Source: Octopus bimaculoides (lineage: Eukaryota). From it: 64,000 nucleotides of DNA. The notes beneath the pieces are model-generated. The model saw only the letters and a list, made by a program, of their open reading frames with translations, was not told the origin of the DNA and did no database searches. Below are positions 53,001-62,600 of this stretch, piece by piece (positions within the stretch are counted from its first letter, which is position 1; each line of letters starts with the position of its first letter). The stretch spans positions 52,551,497-52,615,496 of the forward strand of contig NC_068991.1 in the NCBI RefSeq assembly GCF_001194135.2. Direction: 5' to 3'. The translations under genes were made by a program, and so were the position numbers.

Positions 53001-56000
53001 GGGATCACAACATCCCGCTGAACACTGGTCCCTTGCAAGATTCAAGGCCAGCAATTCTGACAGCAGGGGACAAGTTGATTATATCAATCCCAGGACATAA
53101 CTGGTACTTTATTTTCTTAACCCCAGAAAGATGAAAGGCAAAGTTGACCTTGGCAGCATTTGAACTCGGAATGTAAAGAGCTGGAAGAAATGCATTAAAC
53201 ATGTCCAACATGCTAACAACTCTGCCAGTTCGCTACCTCATTGTTATCCAGATACATTATTCCAAGAGAAAACAATTATTAGATTAAAGGTTTTTTTTTT
53301 GGGGTTTTTTAAATGAGTGTAGGTTATAAATTCTTAAAGCTTTAGAATGTTCAAGTGAATATTTAACCCTTTAACATTTAAGCAGGCTAGATTCAATTCT
53401 CTCACACCTACCCTACACTGTTATTATAACAATAGACAATCACATTATCAAAATCTTGAATCATTGTGTTGTGGGAGAATCCTGAACACTCCCACATGAC
53501 TGAAGGTGACTGATTACAATAAATAAGAGCCGAGTGAACTGTCAAGGGTAAAGCTGACTGTTCGACCATGTTGGTTTACTGTGTTAGTTTGAAGTGTGTT
53601 GGTTTAACAGTCAGTAGTTGAACAGTGAATACTGAGCATCATGCCTATGTTTGAGTAGTACAGTGTGTTCTGTGTTAATATATATTTTTACCATAGATTA
53701 TTTTTAGACAACCACTATTTATTTACACAATATCATTTTACACCAGATGTGTATACCCACGTCCTAACACATTGAAATAATGCATGATTAATTCAAAGCA
53801 ATGTGAATAAATAAGCATTCCATTTGACAGTTATTGGAATGCAGAAGGTTTAAAATATTTAAAATATTTCCTACCTATAGGTTATTTAGTATTTATCTTC
53901 AAATGTACCAGATATTCTATTTTCTTAAACAGGTTTTAGTTTATGCTCTTCAGCTTTATAACAGTGGGACTTCTGTTTCATTAGATCCTGATATATGTGT
54001 ATAATGTCATACTTTTGTGGGAGCAGGGATTGTCTTTTTCAATCAGCAAACTTTTCTGTCAACTGGTATTTTAAAGTATATCTATTAATTTCCTGCTTAT
54101 GTCAGCCTGACAATATTTTCTTTCCAGTTATTTTCAATTGTTAGCACTTTATTTCTTCAATCTAACATCAGTATAATAATGTTGGGTATAAAAACCATTT
54201 CAAACTATTAAAGGAATTTATTTACCATAATTTCACTGAATGAAATAAAAGCATTTTGTTGATACAATGAAATCTGACTAGAATTAAGCAAGTATATGAA
54301 AGAAAAAAAAAAACTTTGAAAGTATCTTGGTTCCTTTCAGTGATGTTGAATAATACATTTATAAATGATCTTATATGTGTGTGTATTAAACAGTGATATT
54401 ATATTGATATCAAATAGTACATTTATAAATGAGGCATGACTGTGTGGTTAAGAAGTTCGCTTCTCAGTCAGATGGTTTCAAGTTCTGCTCTACTACACAA
54501 CACCTTGAGCAAATATCTTCTGCTTTAACCCTAGGCCAACCACAGCTTTGTGAATGGGTTTGGGAGACTGAAACTAAAAGATGCCTGGTGCATGCATGTG
54601 TGTATATGTATGCATGTCTATGCTTTTTTTACATGAGTTTTCTAATAAGAAAGTCGCCCGCTATGAGCAGTGTTGTCATTTTGTGTCAATCAATCAACCA
54701 CTCACTTTGTGCTTACATCCAGCTGTTAAACAGGACATTAATAAAATGTCTAACCTATGCTTAAATGGAAAAACACATATAAAACAAACATGAGAACAAC
54801 TTAGCTACAAGAGTATTATGTAAGCATATCCAGTTCACATTCTTAAAACATTATAATTTCAATATACATATTATACTCTGCAGGGTGGTTGGTGTTGGGA
54901 AGGGCATCCAGCTGTAACAACCATGCCAAAACAGACAGTAACTTGGTGTAGTCTTCTACCTGGCCAGCTCCTATCAAACTGTCCAACCCATGCCAGCATG
55001 GAAGGTGGACGTTAAATTGTGATGAACAGAGGTGATTTGATATACTAGAAATATAAGTACATTCTATATTTATCAATACTACCGAGATATTAAGATTCAT
55101 ATATTTGTGTCCATGAGGAAATAATGTTTGCTTGAGACATAAAAGACACATGGGCATCTTAGATACACCCCAGTTTCAGCAGCAGATATTTAGACAAAAA
55201 ATGTTTTTAGGACATAATTTAGTCCCAAATTCAAGTCTGATTTGAGGGGATTTTATTTAATACATTTTTTTTTATGGGAAAAAAAAGGTGCATCTTATAT
55301 GCCATCAAATGCAGTATATGTATTTTTCAATTCTTCAGTTTATTTCAGACACCATAGCTAAGGCCATGCTGGGGCACTGCCTTCACATATATTCTCTCCT
55401 TTACACAGTTCATGATTTTAAAGAGAAAAAAAACATTTTGTTTAAGGAAGGAAAGCGTTTGGTGGGTTGTAAATTATGTTCTAAAAACACAATTGCATTC
55501 ATGAGATTCATAGTGTGAAAACTCTATGAATCTCATGAATGCATTTGTGTTTTTAGACACAATTGCATTGCTCATGTTCTTCTCAAGAGCACCATGTTAT
55601 ATTTAGAATTATTATGAAGTCAGCAAAATTATAGAGAAACTTTAAAATTGGGATTGAAAATTTAGTCTTGTGAGCCAAACTATCTACAGTGCACAGCAAC
55701 AGACAGACATTTAATCATGGAATAAATGAAATTTGCTCTTTTCTCTGTCATTATTGTTAGGGTATTAGGTGAAAGTATGATTAAAAAATTGAAGTTATAT
55801 ATATCATATTTTTACAAGGAAATGGTTGACTTGACAGAGACTTGAAAGGTTTGGCTTACTTGCTTATCATTACTCTGATGATTCAAAGTATGCCAAAACT
55901 CAGAAGTCACTGTCGACATTTTCTTTGTAAAAATACATATGATACTTTACTGGAAAATATTGAGGAAATTTAATGTTCAGTTGTTTTTATATATAACTTT

Positions 56001-58855
56001 ATGTAAAACAAACATCAAGAGGTCTATGTGCACGCATGTGCGCATGCACTTGTCTTAGATACTTACGGTTTGTGTCTAACACAGAAAAGGGAAACAATTC
56101 ATGTATGGTATCACTCATTTGATCACAAAATAATACACACACACACACACACATCCCAATAAAGATATCTACAGTTGTGTATGTATGTGCTTTTTGCCTT
56201 TGGGATTTGTGTTTCTACCTTTGCAGAATACAAGCTGATCACCATTGAAGTGATAAGACCATTTTGTTTAAAGAATGGAAGCGTTTGGTGGGTTGTAAAT
56301 TGTGTTCTTGGATTTGTGAATTATCTATGCCTCTCGACCTAGTTGGGAGGCTTTTCAATTGCTTCATGTTCCCAGCAAGATCAAAGACCTCAATCTTTAT
56401 TATTTTTGCAAATGTTTAGTTGTGAGATCCACAAAACTAGAGTGGCACAGATGAGAGAAAATAATCAGAATTGGCTTCACCGTTTCAACCAACCTTTTTT
56501 GATCCTGCTTTGGACATTATCATAGTATTGATATTATACATAGTCAGCAATATTGGTGTACAACAGCCATTAATAACAATATTCATAGATCCAACCCATG
56601 CTAGCATGGAAAGCGGACGTTAAACGATGATGATGATGATGGTGATGACCTGACACGACACTCTCGGTTGGACTTGAGAAGCTTATCTCATGGACAAGGG
56701 TCAATTTCAAACCATCAAAGTTAATGCCCTTTGTCCTGTAAAGAGAGAAAGTGATTGAAAAGTTTCACTTCACTTTATCTGTAACCGCCATCCCAACACT
56801 GACAGTGCAACCTGTCAAGAGCTTGGAAAAACTCTTTGACTGCAACCTGAAGGGCATAGTTACCATCTGCAAAACAAGTAGAGTCTTTGAGAATTGAGAT
56901 TTGGGTATACATGCACACCATCTTGTGCAGGATTTTATGTCCTCTGTCACTTTGTGATGTCAGTATATCAACTGCGGAAACCTTAGAGAAGATTAGTTAT
57001 TTGAGGAGGTGACAAAGCTTTCCAAGGAGTCTAAACAGTATTGTTCTATACAGAGCTACTAATGTCCTACAACTTCCCTTCAGCAGCCTCACAGAAGAGT
57101 TTGTAGTGACATGAATGAGAGATGCCATGAAGTATAGAGATTCCAGGGATACTAAAACAGCAGCACACAGAACTGAAGTTTGCGCATGTTGGAAATGGAG
57201 TGCTACCAGAGTTGCAGATGGGAGAGGAGCAGTTGAGGCAGAAGATCGTTGGGACCATCATGATAAAGTATTCAGGCTTCGAATACTTTTCAATTTGCCA
57301 CATCAGTAACACCAAAGGAAAAGAATGACGCCTCCAAGAAGTTTATGCAGGCATAGTGGAAGCACAAGCTCAGCAAGATGATAGAACTCAACCAACAAAG
57401 AACCTGGACAAAGTTGGTCAACTTACTGTATTGGAACATTACTTAATCAGATTTCCAGTGGGCTAACAACCAACACATTTTTCACTCAGCCAATATTTTA
57501 ATGAAGTATGTTTATTAATTTCCTGCTTGTGTCAGCCTGACAATGTTTTCTTTCCATTTGTTTTCAGTTATGTTGCTCCAAAATCGGCACTTTATTTCTT
57601 TCAATCTAACATCAGCTTAATGTTGGATATAAAAATGATTTCAAACCGTTAAAGGAATTAATTTATCATAATTACACTGAATGCAATAAAAAGAATTTAG
57701 GCACACCAATCTTTAGCAAGTTTTGCAGAAATTGAGGAAGCAAAATGTATGTGTGTCTCTGAAATATATTTGGGTTTTGGCTCCTCAAGAGAAAATATAT
57801 CTCAAAACTACTAGCAGTCTGCAATTTCTTCTTGGTTGGGTCCCATAAAGTATGTTGCTTTTGGAACCATTCCTGTTCTTTCAGTCAGTTCTCTGAAGAA
57901 ATCATCTTCAGATTGATTTGGAATGTAGTCTATGTGGAAAATTGTCTGAAACCTCATAAATCTAATATGTTATTAAATTTTCTAAGTTGGTATTATTCTC
58001 TTGGTTTGCTCTGAAGCAGTCTTTGATGACAATGCTGAGAGGAAACCAAAATTGCTTTGAGACAACAAATATTTTCTTATTTAAAATTATTTTGTGAGAA
58101 ATAATGCATTGATTTTTTTTCTTTTTTAGGCCAACTTTACTTGCGAAATCTGATGCCAAGGTAAGTATTTTTTCTTCTTAATCTATCAGTCTTGTATCTT
58201 TTTTTTTTTTTTTTATCATACAGGAGAAATAGAAGTATTTTGTTATTCATATTGAGTTGTTGGGTTAACTCTAATAATTACATGCTCATGTTTTATGACA
58301 AAAGAATGCAACTCAACAAAGAAGTGTCGCAGCATGACTGCAGTCCAATGACTGAAACAAGTAAATAATAAAAGATACTAACCCTGTATCTGTCCAGATT
58401 ACTTGCAGCTTAATGTGTAGGCATAAAACATGAAAATTAAAAGAAACGAAATGTCTTAGCTGGGATTTTGATTTCTGATTAACTGGTTACAAACCTCTAC
58501 TTCAAGTTTCTTGCTCACCTTTCAGAAGGTTCTGTGATCTCATTGAGATAACAATATATGCGTATGCATCCATTATAGAACTTTATATCAGTCATGTGAT
58601 GCAAATTTTGACACTGAATATGTCTGTCACTTCAGCGTCATTTTCTGTATTACGAAGACATCTTTACAACACCATCCTGTCAAGATTATCTCCCAGGGAA
58701 TTTCAGTTAAATGTTAAAAATTTTTAAATTACACTTTCTTATTCTTGGTCTTTTAGCTAATATCAACATAATCAATATTTTGAAAAGTTATAATCACCAT
58801 ACATGCCCATCCCATCCTATTATATATATGTATATTGTGTTTGTGTATGTATACA

Positions 58856-58919
<64 letters not shown>

Positions 58920-59565
58920 GTGCAAGCATGGTGGTATAGTAAGAAGCTTGTTTCTCAACGACATGGTTCTGGATTCAGTCTTACTTCATGGCACCTTGGG
59001 CAAGTGTCTTCTCCTATAGCCTTGAGCCATCCAAAGCCCTGTGAGTGGATTTGGTAGACAGGAACTGAAAGAAGCCTGTTGTGTATATATATGTGAGTGT
59101 TTGTGTGTGTAAGTGTATCTGTGTTTGCCCCTCCATCACTGCTTGACAACTGGTGTTGGTGTGTTTGCATCCCTGTAACTTAGCAGTTCAACAAAAAACA
59201 CTGATAGAATAAGTACTAGGCTTAAATTAATAAGTCCTGGGGTCAATTTGTGCGACTAAAACTCTTCAAGGCAGTGCTCCAGTATAGCCACAGTCAAAAG
59301 ACTGAAACGAGTAACAGAATAAAAGAATACCATTCCAGTCTTTGTTGCTAAAGAGAAGATAACCACTCTAAAATGCATGCATCTAACAGTTTGGTTAATG
59401 GGTGCTGTGAACCAATGCAATGTATTTATGCTTATTTTTCAAGAGAGAGAAATTTTCTCCATGACAAAATACAGGGAATGGCTTTCTTACAGGTTTGAAT
59501 ATACCTCAAGAATATTTGAACTGGTAACCAGTTTGTATTTATGCACATCATTGCTTAGCACTGTC

Positions 59566-59623
<58 letters not shown>

Positions 59624-62600
59624 AGAAACAGAAAATGGAGTTAGCAAGAACCTTCATTCAACACAATGATCATTTCAATGCATCTTGCATTTGCCCTTTA
59701 CGGGTGGGATATTGCACAGCTAGTTGTATTGCATCCATATTTGCAGATTGCATCTAGTTAGATATCACGTTTTAAATAAGATACTTTATTACATATACTG
59801 AGTTTTGCTTGGCATATTGCGGTCACCTGTAGGATATTGGCTATAGTGACAGTGGATGGAAAGCATTTCTGGGTTATAACCAGTAGATGGGTCTATCAAT
59901 AGTTCACAGTAAATACATAACATAGATTAGAGTATTACGAGAATAAAACATGACAAAGGATCTGAATTAAAAGATCAGGTGAATAAAGATAGGTTTACAC
60001 ATGTTGACACGTATTTAGATGTACACGTACACACCCTGCTTGCTCACACTGTTAAGGAAATGTCACTGAAAGCGGTCATAAACATCCCAAATGATCATAT
60101 TAGAGGCAGACATAAATAGCATCTGCCTCCTTGCTGATCAAACAGTCTACAGTCCGTTACAGATAACTGAGCCGGTTTATTCAGTGGTGGTTTTGGCACA
60201 TGCACACCCACATATACAAGCATTTGTATATATAGATAGACACATACTCATACATACATACATACATATATACATTTTATAAGGAATATTCTAAAAGAAT
60301 ATGTTACTGAACTTATATTAAGTGCTCCATTATTTTGAGCAAATAAATATATATGTGTTTTTATATCATTAATAAATTTATAAAATTATCAATGATATCC
60401 ACAGGAAATCAATATTCAAATTTCGAAAGATGTATGTTTAATATGACATGGTAATATTTTGAATTATAATTAAATTAAAATTTAAGATATACGAAATATA
60501 AATATAAATATATATAAAAAATATAAATGTACATAAAGATACATGTGTATATAAATGCATATAAAAATTTATGTGTAATTGAGCATAAATATTATAAAGT
60601 CTAAAAAATGGTTGGATAAAAGGCATTGTATCAGTTAGTTGCATTTGGGAATCCAACCAGTCTAATGACAGTTGCTTCTGATTGAACTCTTTGGGGGCGG
60701 TACCTGAAGACTAAACCCTCATGACACTCCCATGAGTGTCATGAGGGTTTAGAGAAGGTGGTTGGAGGAATGTATATAAATATACATGCATCAAGCAGCA
60801 GGAGTGATGTTAGCAGACTTTTAGCTGATTCAGGTTGTATGATAAGTTAGTTAAGAGGAAACTAATAATAGGCAACTCAACAATGATGGTTATTTCTACA
60901 TATGTCACACAGGCAGGATTGACAGAAAAGCAGAAGTACTGCCTCTGTGAGGCCCTTCTGCAGAGTATCTCAATATCAATTGATAGTGTCTTCATAATAA
61001 TGGCTGGTGACTTCAGTGGACATGTTGACCAAGACAATGATGGCTTCCAATATACAGAGAGGCCATAGATATGAATTCAAGAAATGAAGAGGGTGTAAAG
61101 CTCCTAGAGTTTGGTGATTCAGCTGATATAACAATTTGCAGTAAACATTTTTAGGAAACCAGTCAATCACCTGATCACCTATCAATCTGGCATACACTTG
61201 ACTCAGATACATTACATTCTCACTAGAAAAAAGGACACAATAGATATTGTGAATACCAAAACCTTTCCTAGTAAAGAATGCACCACACAACATAGATTAC
61301 ATGTATATATGTGTGTGTCATCATCATCATTGTTCTAATGTCTAGCGTTCCATGCTTGCATGGATCAGACAAATGTATGTTGGGGCAAAGTTTTGTCTGG
61401 CCACATGTTGTTCCTCACACCGACCTTTGTTTCTAAATGCTGGATTAATCTCTCGGTCAATCAATCAGCAAACAGTCCAGATATATTTGTGTGGAGAAAT
61501 GGAAACAAACAACACAATTTGAATGATCCTTGCATTTACAAAGCTCATGCAAGGCATGGCTGTGTGGTAAGAAGTTTGCTTCCCAACCACAGGGTTCTGG
61601 GTTCAGTCCCACTTTATGGCAACTTGGGCAAGTCTTGCACCATAGCCTTGGGCTGACCACAGCCTTGTAATTGGACTTGGTTAGCAGAAATTGAAAAGAG
61701 GCCCATCATATATCTGTGTGTGTGTGTGTATTTATAGCATCAAATACCAGACTAAATAACCTCTGGAAAAAAAAAAAATAGTATAGGAGCTTCGAGGAGT
61801 GCATTCAAAAGCGTTTCATATAAACGGGCTTAAAGGATGTGTGTTTGTCCTCCAACCACTGCCTGACAACTGGTGTTGGTGTGTTTATGTCCCCATAACT
61901 TAGCAGTTTCAGTAAAAGTACCAAGCTTAGAAAAATAACCAATAGGGTTAATTCACTTGACTAAGAAAGTCCTGTAAGCTGGTGCCCCAGCTCGGCTGCA
62001 GTAAAATGACTGAAAGGAGTAAACAGCTAAAAGATATCAAGACGTGTCAAAACGCCTGGACATATTTTTGTAATTGATTGCAAGAAAATGATTGCATGAA
62101 TGAAACAATTGTTTGCAATCTGCAAACAAATACATGTTGATGAGGATGTACAAACTCCCTCGCACAAATAGACACACACACATATGCAATTTTATGTTGA
62201 TCTATACTTTGTGAGTGGACACATAGCAACAAAGGATGTGACCGTTTGTGAGAAAGACTTGTGCTCTTCTCACACAGTCTTTTGTGTTGTTTCTTTTGTG
62301 CTAAGTTGCAAATGCTGCCTTGTCACTGTAACCACCAGAAATTCAGAGAAATAGTGATTGGCCTACTATTATAACTGCTAAACATGTTTATTTGTATTAC
62401 ATTAAGTGGATTGAAATGGGAAAAAATCATTTTATTTTTTAAATTCAAATTACAATGAAAGTATACAAAGTTTGCTTTAGAAGCATTGAGATGTATTGAA
62501 AGATAAAGAGATAATTTTATTCTCAAATGCAGGATAGCCACTGACACGTTTTTGTGCAAAATATGGGTAGTTTATCCTGTTCATGCTACATTATTAGCAT

